DNA of 64,000 nucleotides from the human T2T-CHM13v2.0 reference genome, Homo sapiens. This document shows, one piece after another, positions 23,806 to 45,746 of the stretch. The stretch lies in the NCBI RefSeq assembly GCF_009914755.1, contig NC_060943.1. One strand, 5' to 3'. A program made the position numbers and the translations under genes. Position 1 is the stretch's first letter, and each line of letters opens with the position of its first letter. The notes under the pieces were generated by a model. It was given only the letters and a program-made list of their open reading frames with translations. It was not told the DNA's origin and did no database searches.

Positions 23806-24537
23806 TCATAACTAACTAAAACAAAAACTCACAAAAAGAAACCTTTCTGGGAAACTGTATGTAGATAGAAAAACCTAAACTGGGCTGGACACAGTGGCTC
23901 ATGCCTATAATTCCAGCACTTTGGGAGGCCAAGGCGGGCAGATCACCTGATGTCAGCAGTTCAAGACCAGCATGATCAATATGATGAAACCCTGTCTCTA
24001 CTAATAGATAATCCCAAGTGTTGGTAAACCACAAAAATAAAGACACACACATGAAAGGCTAGATGGTTGATCCATACATACACTCTACTGGCATTATCTT
24101 TCAAATTGGAATTTATCCATAATATACAACCCAGTGACTTTTCCCCCAATATGTGAGAAATTTATGTTCCATTTTCATATGGCAAAGAAAACCAACCATG
24201 ACATTGTCACCAAGGTCAAAAACTAAACTGTAAACCCAAATCCCATTAAGCAGTGAAATGCATAAGTAAACTGGGCAACCCATGACTCAACACAGTGGCA
24301 TGTTTGCAACAGAATGAGGCAAAAAGTCAGAAACAAACCCTTTTGGTATAACATGAAAGGTACATTAATTGCAATACTAAGTTACTGGAAACTCCAAACA
24401 GCCAAAATTCTACTTTGTGATAAAAGAAAATATGGCAGGCCTGGGCTGGGCGCGGTGGCTCATGCCTGTAATCCCAGCACTTTGGGAGGCCGAGGCGGGT
24501 GGATCACGAGGTCAGGAGATTGAGACCATCCTGGCTA

Positions 24538-24796
<259 letters not shown>

Positions 24797-25132
24797 TTAG
24801 GAGGCAGGCACAGATGGATCACCTGAGCTCAGGAGTTCGAGACCAGCCTGGCCAACCAGGTGAAACCACGTCTCTACTAAAAATACGAATATCAGCTGGG
24901 CATGGTGGCAGGCGCTTGTAATCCCAGCTACTTGGGGGGCCGAGGCAGCAGAATCACTTGAACCTAGGAGGTAGAGATTACAATGAGCCAAGATCGTGCA
25001 TTGCACTCCAGCTTGGGCAACAGAGCAAGACTCTGTCTCAAAAAAAAAAAAAAAGAAAAGAAAAAGAAAAGAAAAGAAAGAAAGGCTGGGCGCGGTGCCT
25101 CAGCACTTTGGGAAACTGAGGTGGGCAGATCA

Positions 25133-25411
<279 letters not shown>

Positions 25412-25477
25412 TCATGTCTGTAATTCCAGCACTTTGGGAGGTGGATCACCTGAGGTCAGGAGTTCAAGACCAGCTCA

Positions 25478-25774
<297 letters not shown>

Positions 25775-25805
25775 TCAGGAGTTCAAGACCAGCTTGGCCA
25801 ACCTA

Positions 25806-25985
<180 letters not shown>

Positions 25986-26047
25986 TCAAAAAAAAAAAGA
26001 ATAACCAAAAGAATCAAAATTTTGACCACCTTTGTGTGCCATAGTTA

Positions 26048-26506
<459 letters not shown>

Positions 26507-27092
26507 TCACAAGCATACTGAAGCCAAATTCAAATCCAATTCACATAAATTTCTAATCTGTGGCCTGAGGAAACAATATCACTAATGACTAATTTATAGG
26601 GAAATGAAATTTAGGCTTAACCAGGCACAATAGGTCAATTAATCTCTGATTACATAACCAAAAGTTTCACCTGTACAGAATGTGAAAATAGGTGATTCAA
26701 AAATTTAAGCTGCTGGAACTCTAAATTATCTTGAGGTTTAAAGGAATGCCATTCTGGGGTTGAGACACCTCACAGGCAGCGGTAACAGAGCCAGCCAGGG
26801 AACCTTCCATTCCCTGATTACAGATTAGCTTTCTTTCTTACCTATATTGTTTTGTAAAATATTTTAAATGACAAGCAAGTCAGGAAAGACCCCTTCCCTC
26901 TTAAGGATTGATTTCATTATAGACTAACTTCCCTCTTACTTTTCTTACACAAAGACTTCATGGCCATCACATCTTCTGAAGCTGGAAATGTTAAATTCAC
27001 TTTTTTAAATAAGAAAAGAAATGAAAACCGGCCGCGCGCGGTGGCTCACGCCTGTAATCCCAGCACTTTGGAAGGCCGAGGTGGGTGGATCA

Positions 27093-27554
<462 letters not shown>

Positions 27555-27652
27555 TTAATTTAGTTGTACTAATTAGTTGTATTAAATTAATTGTACAATT
27601 AATTTAGTTGTACTAATTGTTGCGATAATTAAATTTCTTTGTTTTTTGCCTA

Positions 27653-27805
<153 letters not shown>

Positions 27806-27904
27806 TCATGAAACCCCGTCTCTACTAAAAATACAAAAATTGGCCGGGCGCAGTGGCTCACGCCTGTAATCCCAGTACCTTGGGAGGCCGAAGTGGGCGG
27901 ATCA

Positions 27905-28234
<330 letters not shown>

Positions 28235-28639
28235 TTAGACAAAGCTTTACACACTCTCAACCAACTGCCACCTACAGAATCCCTCCACCACCTGTGCCTT
28301 CTAACCCCGCTTCCATGTGTCCCGCCTTTCGGCCAAAGGAACTTACACCTTCCCGGCACTGATTCATCATTTTCCTGCAATTCCTGTCTCCCTGAAATGA
28401 ATAAAACCAAACTGTCAGGAGCTGCCTCGGGATTGCTTACTCCAGACTTCGCGGGGTTGTGTTTCCCTCAGCCGAGGTCTCTCCTATTCGGCTCAGAATA
28501 AACTTATTCTACACGATTTGGGTTTTTCCGTTACCAAACCACAAGCCAGGACTGGGAGTTTCTCATTCATTAATCGCTGTTTGCTAAAATAAACTCTCAT
28601 TTTTTAACAGTGCCTCAGTTTAATTTTTAACTGGAAAAA

Positions 28640-29340
28640 AAAAGGAACTGGGGACCCCACAGCCCACAGCTCCTCCCACACGAACCCCACACCCGAGGCA
28701 GGATCCCCCATGACCCTTCCATGGTCACCGCACAATCTGGGGAGACGCGGGGCTGCGGGCGCGGAGCTGCTCAGAGAGGGAGCCGGGGCCGGGGCCGCAG
28801 TCGCCGCGCAGGGACCGGACAGGACGCCCGGGGTCCCGGCTGCCGGCCCAGCTCCACCCAGCGGCCGAGGGGACCGAGGGCCGAGCTGCGCTAGGGGGAC
28901 TGTGTCTGGAGCCCAGAGTCGCTGCAGGGGGGCCCGGGCCCCGCCACAGCGGGTTCCTCTCGGTTCCACCCAGTCCCTCCTTTCGCCTTGGGACTCCCCA
29001 GCACCGCATGCTCACCATTTCCTGGCTTCCAGGTATTCTGGCGTCCTCTCTAAAGGTCCCGTGAACAGTGCAGGTCACAGCGCAGTCGACAGAGCAACAG
29101 CAGCTACGGCGGAAGTAACTGGTCCCTCTCGGAGCAAGAAAGCCCCAGACCTTAACTAGCGCGAGCAGCCCTAGGAGTGAAGAGAGCGGGAATGCAACCT
29201 CCCCTTCCCTGGAGGACAGTGGCAGGGCCCCGCCCTAGCGCCCCTGATTGGATAGGGGTCTAGACTCCGCCCCCTTCCCTGAGTGACAGCAGAAGCCCCG
29301 GGTAACTGGGCGCTGCAGAGCCGAAGCGACTGGTTCTGGC
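28640..29340 (-). promoter_or_regulatory. ZNF878: CpG-island promoter/exon 1
   Basis: GC box, CCAAT (ATTGG 29247-29251), GC box, TGAGTGACAG 29280-29289. Confidence 0.82.
29016..29018 (-). CDS. ZNF878: Exon 1 initiator ATG
   Basis: CAGGAAATG|GTGAGC donor; in phase with exon 2. Confidence 0.85.
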
Positions 29341-29785
29341 CACACTTTCCAAGGTCAGCTCCCTCCCTCCCTCCCACCTTTACTTCGAATATTTGCCTTC
29401 GGCCAAACTTGCTCCGAACTGCTAGAAGGGACACTGTTGTCTTCCTCACTCCGTGGGCCGTCCCTGCCCCTTCATCCTACACGGGACACAAGTGTGCAGG
29501 GAATTCCAGATTCAGTGTCCACAAAATGTGAAAGACATTAAAATATTTTGCCCCAAGATATTGCCCTGCCAAAATATATTTCTTTGACAGTTTTGAAATG
29601 GCTGCTGCTTGGCCAGCAAACAAAAGGTGGCCTTGCAAAACTGTCTTTTGAGGGGGAAATTTACATTTGTAGAGAATCTCCGTTAATGAAGCACTGCCAG
29701 CTCCCCCGTTCTTTTCCTTTCCCTGATCTAAAAGCTATTGAGAGTTTGACACCTTTAAAATCTGAAGAGAGGTAGCACATGGTGA

Positions 29786-30070
<285 letters not shown>

Positions 30071-30299
30071 TAGTAGAGACGGGGTTTCTCCATGTTGGTC
30101 AGGCTGGTCTCGAACTCACGACCTCAGGTGATCCGCCCGCCTCGGCCTCCTAAAGTGCTGGGATTACAGGCGTGAGCCACCTCGCCCGCCGATCCCTGTC
30201 TTTATTATTTAAAATTTTTTTAAATGGCCGGGCGCTGGCCGGGCGCAGTGGCTCACGCCTGTAATCCCAGCACTTTGGGAGACCGAGGTGGGCGGATCA

Positions 30300-30907
<608 letters not shown>

Positions 30908-31406
30908 CTATTCTCTGGGGGAGACATCATCTACGTAACAGTCCACCTCTAGCCAAGCCTCTTCCTTTCTCAGTCTACTAAGCTGTCTTGCTACTAAACC
31001 TAATTTACTGACCTCAGGTCGCTATATAATCTTCTCTGTCTTATAGCTGGGTGTGTCTTCATTCTGAAGGTTCCCATGTATACATGTTAAATACATTTGC
31101 ATGCCTTCTTTTCTATTAATCAATCTGCCTCAGATCAATTAGTTTTCAGCAAACCTTTAGGACACGAAGAGTCTATCACCCCCACAAAGCCATCCCCTTG
31201 TCTCAGGGCAGGAGGGGAACAAGGCCATGTATGACTGCTCCAGGAGGGAGAGACAGATCTCCTGCAGTGGGGCAAGAATCGGGATGAGGCATGGCCAAGG
31301 TTTCCTCACATACACCCATCTTCTCCTCACAGTGTGGAAACTCCCCCTCCTCTCCACACCTTCATTTTCATTAGCGGGAAACTCTCACCTGGAGTCAGTT
31401 TAATCT

Positions 31407-32301
31407 TATTACCAGAAAGGGGTACCAATCCAGACCCCAAAAGAGAGTTCTTGGACCTCATGTAAGAACAAATTCAGGGTGAGTCCATAAAGTAAAAGCA
31501 AGTTTATTACAGAAGTAAAGAAACAAAAGAATGGCTACTCCATAGACAGAGCAGCAGCATGGTCTGCCTGACAATGTATACTTATAGTTATTTCTTGATT
31601 ATGTGCTAAACAAGGGGTGGATTATTCATGAGTGTTCTGGGAAAGGGGCAGGCAATTCCCAGAACTGAGGGTTCCTACCTCTTGTTATACCACATAGGGT
31701 AACGTCTGGATATTGCCATGGTATTTGTAAACTGCCATGGCGCTTGTGGGAGTGTTTGTTAGCATGTTAATGCTTTATAATTAGTGTATAATAAGTAGTG
31801 AGGACCACATAAGGTCACTTTCTTTTCTTTTCTTTTTTTTTTTGAGACAGAGTCTCACTCCCTCGCCCAGGCTGGAGTGCAGCAGCGCAATCATAGCTCG
31901 CTGCAGCCTCTCTGCCTTCCTGCAGCCCCTGCCTCCCAGGCTCAAGCAATCCTCCCAGCTCAGCCTCCTGAGTAGCTGAGACTACAGCCACAGGCCACCA
32001 CAATCAGCTAATTTTTGTATTTTTTGTAGAGATGGGGTATCACTGTGTTGCCCAGGGTGGCAGAGGTCACTTTCGTCGCCAACTTGGTTTTGGTGGGCTT
32101 TGGCTGGTTTCTTCAGCGCATTCTGTTTTATCAGTGGGGTCTTTATGACCTGTATCTTGTGATACCAGTCCTGCCGACCTCCTAGCTCATCCTGTGACTA
32201 AGAACGCCTAATCACCTGGGAATGCAGCCCAGTAGGTCTCACCCTTATTTTACCCAGCCCCTATTCAAGATGGTTTCACTCTGCTTCAAACACCCCTGAC
32301 A
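31407..32301 (-). mobile_element. MER41 (B-like) solo LTR, interrupted by an Alu fragment (~31820-32062)
   Basis: Reverse complement starts TGTCAGGGGTGTTTGAAGCAGAG..CCATCTTGAATAGGGGCTGGGTAAAATAAGG and ends GGGGTCTGGATTGGTACCCCTTTCTGGTAATA; Alu TSD AGGTCACTTTC. Confidence 0.82.
31635..31664. promoter_or_regulatory. Tandem GAS (STAT) motifs
   Basis: TTCTGGGAA 31635-31643 and TTCCCAGAA 31656-31664, both TTCNNNGAA. Confidence 0.7.
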
Positions 32302-32807
32302 TTATGACTTAAATAAAGTCAACTTTATAAACCCTTTGTTCATAACACAACCCAAACAATTTGTTCTCTGAGGCTGACCTTCACAGATTTGCTTCATATA
32401 TATCAATTACAGTCTGTCCCCAGCGACCCTGTGCATGCCAAAACCAAAACACTGCCCAGAAAATAGCTCCAGGCCTGAAGGTACCTCTGAAAGGTACAAC
32501 CCCAGATAGGACAGAACCCCCGAGCGCATCTGCACGTGGGTCTTCTGCCATCCAGGGCTCTGCAGCTTCCCAGAATCCACACTCCTTCTGGAGCTGGAGG
32601 CCACCTTCAAGGGAGGGCGGGCTCCGGGGGAAGCCCCCAGGAGTTTGCAAAAGGAGCCCCCTTTCCCTCCTTTTGCAAACTCCAGACTAGCCTCAGCGGG
32701 GAGTCATTGGCCTCCGGCTCTGCTGCCCCCTACAGGTTATTAAGCCGCTTCTTACCCCATTGATCAGTTCCTAGAAACAAACACCCTCAATCCCAGTGTG
32801 TGAATAA

Positions 32808-33050
<243 letters not shown>

Positions 33051-33053
33051 TGA

Positions 33054-33233
<180 letters not shown>

Positions 33234-33382
33234 TAGCCAGGATGCTCTCGATCTCCTGACCTCGTGATCCGCCCGCGTCGGCCTCCCAAAGTGTTGGAAT
33301 TACAGGCGTGAGCCACCGCGCCCGGCCTCCTCCTGTGCGTTATGTATGACATAAGGAAAAACAGGCTGGGTGCGGTGGCTCA

Positions 33383-33929
<547 letters not shown>

Positions 33930-34687
33930 TCAGCTTCACATTGTCCAAAGGATCAGAATTCAGTTGTGAGTTTATGAAAGTGAAAAGCAGGGAATGGCCT
34001 TTCTGGAAAACACATACTTCAAAGAAATGGGCTCAGTTCTTTCTTACTCAGATTTTGAACAACTCATTTTCACAACCCCAAACCCTCTGCAGGTCACATT
34101 TCCTCCTCTCATTTTGGTCTTGGCCTGAACCCTACCTGCTCTCCTTGCACCCTTGTTCCCAGCAAACCGAGGATTGGGCTGCTTATTCTCTGTGCCCAAT
34201 AATGAGATGCAGATGAACTGGGAAAGAAGAGTTGCTTGCTTTATTTATTTTTTTTATTTTTTTGAAATGGAGGCTTGCTCTGTCTCCCAGGCTGGAGTGC
34301 AGTGGCGCGATCTTGGCTCACTGAACCTCCACCTCTCTGGTTCAAGCGATTCTTGTGCCTCACTCAGCCTCTCGAGTAACTGAGATTACAGGCATGCACC
34401 ACCACGCCTGGCTAATTTTTGTATTTTTAGTAGAGACGGGGTTTCACCATGCTGGCCTCCAACTCCTGGCCTCAAGTGATGTGCCCGCCTGGGCAGCCCA
34501 AAGTGCTGGGATTACAGGCGTGAGCCACCGTGCCTGGCCTAGGTTTTTAACGGTATTCCTAAGGAAACACAAATCATGGCATGAGTGTGTCCTCTCTAGA
34601 AAAAGAATTAAATACAATGGTTGAAGTAAGAGTAGAAACTCCACCTTGGAGTCTTCTCCCTTAATGTGACACAAACATCATAGGTGA

Positions 34688-34927
<240 letters not shown>

Positions 34928-35239
34928 TGAACTCCCGACCTCAGGTGATCTGCCTGCCTTGGCCTCCCAAAGTGCTAAGATTACAGGCGTGAGCCACTGC
35001 ACCCGGCCTCCCCCACAACTTATTACAGGCTGCCAAAGAGTCAGGCAAAACAGTGCTGGCATCCTCTTTTTCTCTGAAAAATGTGTGCTATCCCTCCCCT
35101 TGGCCTCTCGCCCACCCTACTCCCCGTCTTTGCTTTCTTCCTGTCCCCTCATTGTGTCCAGCCAGTGCCATTGTGTCCAGACCGTGGGTTCCTCAGTGGC
35201 CATTGCCTCCACCACCATGATATGGAAATTTTTTCTTAA

Positions 35240-35708
<469 letters not shown>

Positions 35709-36960
35709 TGATCCGCCCGCCTCGGCCTCCCAAAGAGCTGGGATTGAGCACTTTGCCAGGTGTGAGCCACTGCGCCCGGCCGGTTTCTTGTTTTTAAAAG
35801 ATGAGGTTGAAGATCTTTTTGTCTGATCATGGAGGTGAAATGCAGGTGAATAACCTGCAGGGGGCAGCAGAGTCTGAGGCCGGTGACTCCACGCTGAGGC
35901 CAGCCTGGAGCCTACAAAGGGAAGAAAACGGAGCTCCCCTGAGGGCTTCCCAGGCAGCCCTCCCTCCCCAGCAGGTGGCATCCAGCTGCGCAGAGCAGCT
36001 GCAGAACGGCTGTGGATTCTGAGAAGGTGCAGAGGCCTGAAAAGCTGGAAACCTTAGTGCAGATCCCCTGGGGGTTCTGTCCTTTCTGGGTTTGCCTGTC
36101 TGGAGCCTGGGGCCATTTTCCGGACAATGCTTTGGTTTTGATATGTGTAGGGTCACTAGGGTCAATAGTGTAATTTGTATATATGAAGAAAATGCGTCCA
36201 GGCACCCTGGCTCTTGTCTCTAATCCCAACACTTTGGGAGGGCGAGGTGGGTGATTAGGTTGAGCACCGGAGTTCAAGACCAGCCTGGGCAATATGGTGA
36301 GACCCCATCACTACAAAAAATACAAAAATTAGCTGGTTGTGGTGGTGAATGCATGTATCCCCAGCTACTCAGGAGGCTGAGGTGGGAGGAACGATTGAGC
36401 CCTGGAGGCTGCAGTGAGCTGTGATCGCACCACCACACTTAAGCCTAGGTGACAGTGAGACTCTGTCTCCAAAAAAAATGTGTGGTAAGTCAGGCTCAGA
36501 GACAGAATTGTTTGGGATGTTGAGAAAGAGTTAATGAAGTTGACAGTTTATTCAGGTCACAAACTTAAACTCACCGCAGGTGAGAGTTTCCTGACAGTGA
36601 AAATAAAGTTCTGGAAGGAGAGAGCATTTTCACACTGTGACGAGGAATGTGGATGTGAGAAGGCCTTGGCCTTGCCTCATTCCAAATTATCTTGACCTGC
36701 AGAACATCTGTCTCTCCCTCCTGATGTAGTCTTGCCTGGCCTCATCTGGGCTCCTCTCCTACTCTGAGGCAAGGGGATAGCTTTGATGGAGCGATAGGCT
36801 CTTGACCCCCAAAACATTTGCTAAAATATCGTTGACATAAAGCTGATTAATATGAGAAAGGCATATGAATTTATTTACCATGTATACAGGGCTGCCTTTA
36901 GTAAGAAGACCCACCCAACAATAAGATAGAAAAGCTTATATACCATCTTGAGGCTGTTAC

Positions 36961-37422
36961 TAAGGGAGGAGACCACCCGTCATATTGTCGTATGCCCAAT
37001 TTCTGCCTCCAAAGAAAGAAGAAGTAAAAACTAAAAGGCAGAAATGAAATCCACAAGCAGACAGCCCGGCGCCTCACCCTGGGCCTGGTAGTTAAAGATG
37101 GACCCCTGACCTAATCAGTTATGTTATCTATAGAGTACGCACATTGTATAGAAAAGCACTGTGAAAATCCCTGTCCTGTTCTGTTCCGGTCTAATTACCG
37201 GTGTATGTAGCCCCCAGTCACGTACCCCCTGCTTGCTGAATCGATCACGACCCTCTCAAGTAGACCCCCTTAGAGTTGTGAGCCCTTAAAAGAGACAGGA
37301 ATTGCTCACTCAGGGAGCTCGGCTCTTGAGACAGGAGTCTTGCCGATGCTCCCTGCCCAGTAAAACGCGTCCTTCTTTAACTCCGTGTCTGAGGGGTTTT
37401 GTCTGCGGTTTGTCCTGCTACA
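36961..37422 (+). mobile_element. LTR2-type (HERV-E/Harlequin) solo LTR
   Basis: TAAGGGAGGAGACCAC...GTCCTGCTACA, flanked by a perfect 4-bp TSD TTAC (36957-36960 and 37423-37426). Confidence 0.85.
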
Positions 37423-37535
37423 TTACCAGAAAGGGGTCCTAATTCAGACTCCGGGAGAGAGTTCTTGGTTCTCATGAAAGAACTCAGGGTGAGTCCTTAG
37501 AGTAAAGTGAAAGCAAGTTTATTAGAGAAGTAAAA
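37423..37535 (-). mobile_element. MER41 terminal fragment
   Basis: Matches 31409-31520 (TTACCAGAAAGGGGT...GGTGAGTCC...AAGCAAGTTTATT). Confidence 0.7.
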
Positions 37536-38100
37536 TCTCAGGCCAGGAGCGGTGGCTCATGCCTGTAATCCTAGCACTTTGGGAGGCTGAGGCTGCCAGA
37601 TCACCTGAGGTCAGGAGTTCAAAACTAGCCTGGGCAACACGGTGAAACCCTGTCTGTACTAAAAATACAAAAAAAATTAGCCAGGCATGGCTGCATGTGC
37701 CTGTAGTCCCAGCTACTCGGGAGGCTGGGGCAGTGAGGTGGAGGTTGCAGTGAGCTGAGATTGCACCACCACAATCCAGCCTGGGCAATAGAGGGATACT
37801 CCATCTCCAATAAAAAAAAATGAATTGGGTTTAACATTAATAAAATATCAGTAATAATTATAATTTTTATGTGAAATTACTGTGTGTCACAGAAATGACC
37901 AGACCTTAATAATGGATGTTCTTCGCCGGGTGCAGTGGCTCAAAGTGCTGTAATCCCAGCACTTTGGGAGGAAGAAGTGGGTGGATCACGACGTCAGGGA
38001 TTCAAGACCAGCCTGGCCAACATGGTGAAACCCTGTCTGTACTAAAAATACAAAAAATTAGCTGGGTGTAGTGGTACATACCTGTAATCCCAGCTACTCA

Positions 38101-38477
<377 letters not shown>

Positions 38478-38597
38478 TTATGACATAGACTGAACTAAGG
38501 GAAGACTAAAATAATCTTTTTATAGCTTTTTGTTTAAAATATTGCTAATTCTTTTGTTTTTCAAAGTCCAGAAAAACTTTTTTTTTTTTTTTTTTGA

Positions 38598-38885
<288 letters not shown>

Positions 38886-39136
38886 TAGGTATCACTTTCT
38901 TTACGGCCCAGAACAAATAGCCCTCCTAAACAAATAATGTACATAACTCACAAATTTCTTGCTTACCATCAAAAACCTTGATTTATCAAACATTTCAGGT
39001 GACAAAACAATGCAAGTTCCCAAGTTGCATTCTATAAAATCTCTAGCAAACCTTTGTTTCTTTGCAGCCGGCTCCCTTCTGCTGGTTCTGCCTGTTGCCT
39101 TCTTGCAAGGTACTTTCATATTTTCCTTAATAAATC

Positions 39137-39167
<31 letters not shown>

Positions 39168-39217
39168 ACCTACAACTGTCTTGGTAAATCCCTTTTTTTT
39201 TTTTTTTTTTTTTTTGA

Positions 39218-39565
<348 letters not shown>

Positions 39566-39711
39566 TGAAGACTCCCACAGAGAGAATGGATGCAAAATGC
39601 TTCTTTTAAGAATTTCTGGCCGGGCACGGTTGCTCACGCCTGTAATCCCAGCACTTTGGGAGGCCGAGACGGGCGGATCACGAGGTCAGGAGATCGAGAC
39701 CATCGTGGCTA

Positions 39712-39933
<222 letters not shown>

Positions 39934-40789
39934 TTACTTATTTTGTTTTTTGGTCTCACTCTGTTGCCCAGGCTGGAGTGTACTGGTGCAATCACAGCTC
40001 ACTGCAGCCCTCGACTCCTGGGCCAAAGTGATTCTCCTGCCCTGGCCTCCTAAAGTGCTGGTATTACAGGCCCCAGCCACCTTGCCTGGCCTCTTTCCAG
40101 ACTTTTTTTGTTTTTGTTTTTTTTGAGACGGAGTTTCATTCTTGTTGCCCAGGCTGGAGTCCAGTGGCATGATCTCGGCTCACTGCAACCTCCGCCTCCC
40201 AGCTTCAAGTGATTCTCCTGCCTCAGCCTCCCACATAGCTAGGATTACAGGCGTCCGCCACCACGACTGGCTAATATTTTGTATTTTAGTAGAGATGTGG
40301 TTTCACCATGTTGGCCAGGCTGGTCTCGAACTCCCGACCACAGGTGATATACCCGCCTCGGCCTCCCAAAGTGCTGAAATTACAGGCGTGAGCCGCCGCG
40401 CCCGGCTTTCCAGACTTTTAAAAGTGTCAGACTCTCAATTTCTCCCGGATCAGGGAAAGGGAAAAGGGGAGAGGGGGCATGGCTTCACTAATGGAAATAC
40501 TCCATAGACGCAAATTTCACCCCCCAGAAGACAGTTGTGCAAGGGCAAAGCTGCAGCCATTCGAAATTGCCAAATAAATATATTTTGGAATAAAATATTT
40601 TAATTGCTTTCACCTCTATTAAACATAGAGTCTGGAACTCCCTGCACACACTTATGACACTGTGCAGGACGAAGAAGCAGGGACAGACCATTGACAGAGC
40701 CACTTCTAGTAATTAAGACGAGCAAGTTTGGCCGAAATGCAAATTTTCAAAGAGCAGGGCGTAGAGAGGGAACTTGACCTTGGACTGTG

Positions 40790-41490
40790 GCTTGAAGCGG
40801 TCAGTCCTGCTCTGCTTGGCCCTGTTACCCAGGACTTCTGCTGTCACTCAGGATGCAGGGGGCGGGGCCTGGCGCTCCACCCAATCAGAGTCGCCGGGGT
40901 GGGGCCCGGCCAACTGTTTATCCGCGGGTCACATTGCCGTTCGCCTCAGTCTTTGGCCCCTCCCGCCGGGTGAGGTTGGCACCCCGTTTTTCCTGCTCTG
41001 AGAGGGACCGGTTGCCACCGCCATACTTCTGTCGCCCTGTCGTCTGTGTTGTGACTGCTTTGGACGTGGGAGTCACCTGAAAGCCAGGAAATGGTGAGTG
41101 TGAGCCCCCGCTGGGAGTCCCGAGACTTGGGGGAGGGTAGGCGGAGGCTGGTTGGAACTGGCTGGAACCGGCTGTGCCGGGACCCGGACCTCCCCGCGGC
41201 GACTCGAGGTCTGGGGCCCGAGCCCCGCTGGCGCAGCTCGGCCTTCGGTCCATTCGGCCGCCGGGTGCGGCTGGGCCGGCAGCCGGGACCCCTGGGCGCC
41301 CTGTCTCGTCGCCGCGCGGCGACTGCGGCCCCAGCCCGGGAGCCCTCTCTGGACAGCTCCGCGCCCGCAGCCCGGAGCCTCTCCATATTGTGCGGGGCCA
41401 CGGGAGGGTCATGGGGGCAATCCCGCCTTGGGTGTGGGGCTCGTGCGGGAGGAGCTGCGCTGTGAGGCCCTCAGTGCCCCCTTTCTCCTG
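40790..41490 (+). promoter_or_regulatory. ZNF844: CpG-island promoter/exon 1
   Basis: CTGTCACTCA 40841-40850, GGGGCGGGGC, CCAAT 40881-40885, GGGGTGGGGC. Confidence 0.82.
41091..41093 (+). CDS. ZNF844: Exon 1 initiator ATG
   Basis: CAGGAAATG|GTGAGT consensus donor. Confidence 0.87.
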
Positions 41491-41668
41491 TTAAAACTTA
41501 AACAGGCCCGGTGCTGGGAATAGAGGCGTGAGCCACCGCGCCTGGCCTAGCGTGGAGAACTTGTGACAGCGGATAAATGTTTTCCCTGCTGTCTGTGGCT
41601 TAGAGCTTGGCAACTGCTGTCGTGTTTTTGTTCACATCATGATCAATGTGTACTAGATGCTTTGTTGT

Positions 41669-43414
<1,746 letters not shown>

Positions 43415-43636
43415 TCAAGTAAAATAATAATAATAATGAGATTTCCCTGGAGGCCAGTCAGTCAAGGCTGCACCGAACCGTGATCACACCACTGCACTCC
43501 AGTCTGGGTGACAGAGTGAGACCCTGTCTCAAAAATAAGAAAATTAGGCCGGGTGCAGTGGCTTACGCCTGTAATCCCAGCGCTTTGGGAGGCCGGGTCG
43601 GGCAATCACCTGAGAAGTTCGAGACCAGGCTGGCTA

Positions 43637-43927
<291 letters not shown>

Positions 43928-44134
43928 TGAGACCAGCCTGGCACACACAGTGGAACTCCGTCTCTACTAAAAATACAAAAAATTAGCCGGGCGTGGTAGT
44001 GGGCACCTGTAGTCCCAGCTATCAGAGAGGCTGAGGCAGGAGACGTGAACCCAGGAGGTGGAGCTTGCAGTGAGCCGAGATCGCGCCACTGCACTCCAGC
44101 CTGGGCCACAGAGCGAGACTCTGTCTCAAAAAAA

Positions 44135-44227
44135 AGAAAGAAAGAAAGAAAGAAAGAAAGAAGGAAAGAAGGAAAGAAGGAAGGAAGGAAGGAAGGAAGG
44201 AAGGAAGGAAGGAAGGAAGGAAAGAAA
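44135..44227. repeat. (GAAA)n/(GGAA)n microsatellite from an Alu tail
   Basis: Direct reading. Confidence 0.95.
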
Positions 44228-44644
44228 ATTAAAAATTAATTTAAAAATAGCCAGGCATAGTGCCTCACACCTACATCCTAGCACTTTAGGAGGCCAAGGT
44301 GGGTGGGCGAGGGGTTGTGGGATCCTTTGAGCTCAGGAGTTTGAGACCAGTCTGGGTAACATGGTAGAACCTCATCTTAACAAACTGCTTAAAAAATAGC
44401 CAGGCATGATGGTATGTGTCTGTAGTACCCAGCCACTTGGGAGGCTGAAGTGGGAGGATGGCTTGAGCTGAGAGGTGGAGGCTGCAGTGAGGCATGATCA
44501 TGCCACTGGACTTCAGCCTGGGCGACAGAGCAAGAAACTGTCTCAAAAAATAAAAATAGAGATTCAAAAAATATGGTTAAAGGCTGGGTGCGGTGGCTCA
44601 CGCCTGTAAACCCAGCACCTTGGGAGGCTGAGGCGGGCAGATCA

Positions 44645-44899
<255 letters not shown>

Positions 44900-45379
44900 C
44901 TAATGGCTTCAGGTTGGAATTATTGACTTCCACAAATGTGTGTATTGTCTGAAATGATTAGATACTTTTGCTTTCCATTTTGTGGTACGAAATGCAAATG
45001 CCTTATAATTTCCTTTCCATGTGTAAACCTGAACCTGAGTTTGAGGGATTTTGCTAGATTCTTCAAACACTGGGTATTTTCTCATTGAATCAGACCTGAG
45101 CCCAGTGACTGCAAGCTAAGGTCAATCAGAAGCCTGCAAAGAGGTCATTGAAGGCTCACTTGTTTCTTGCTGGGGAGCCTCTCCTGCAGTGTCCCAGCTG
45201 CTCACACTGACCCAGCTGCTCACACTGACCATGGGAGGAGCCCTTTATTCTGAGAGAATCTCAGAGCCCTGGAAAACTGAGGATCCACAGGCAGATGCAG
45301 CAGGTCAGCGATGCCTTTCTGAGGCTAGTTGTCCTAAGGTTGTTTCTAAACATTTTTAATGAAACAGATGTGGATTTAG

Positions 45380-45746
<367 letters not shown>

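Noticed and set aside
45193-45230. Perfect 18-bp tandem duplication CCCAGCTGCTCACACTGA
   Set aside because: Real, but a two-copy intronic slippage event with no support for function.
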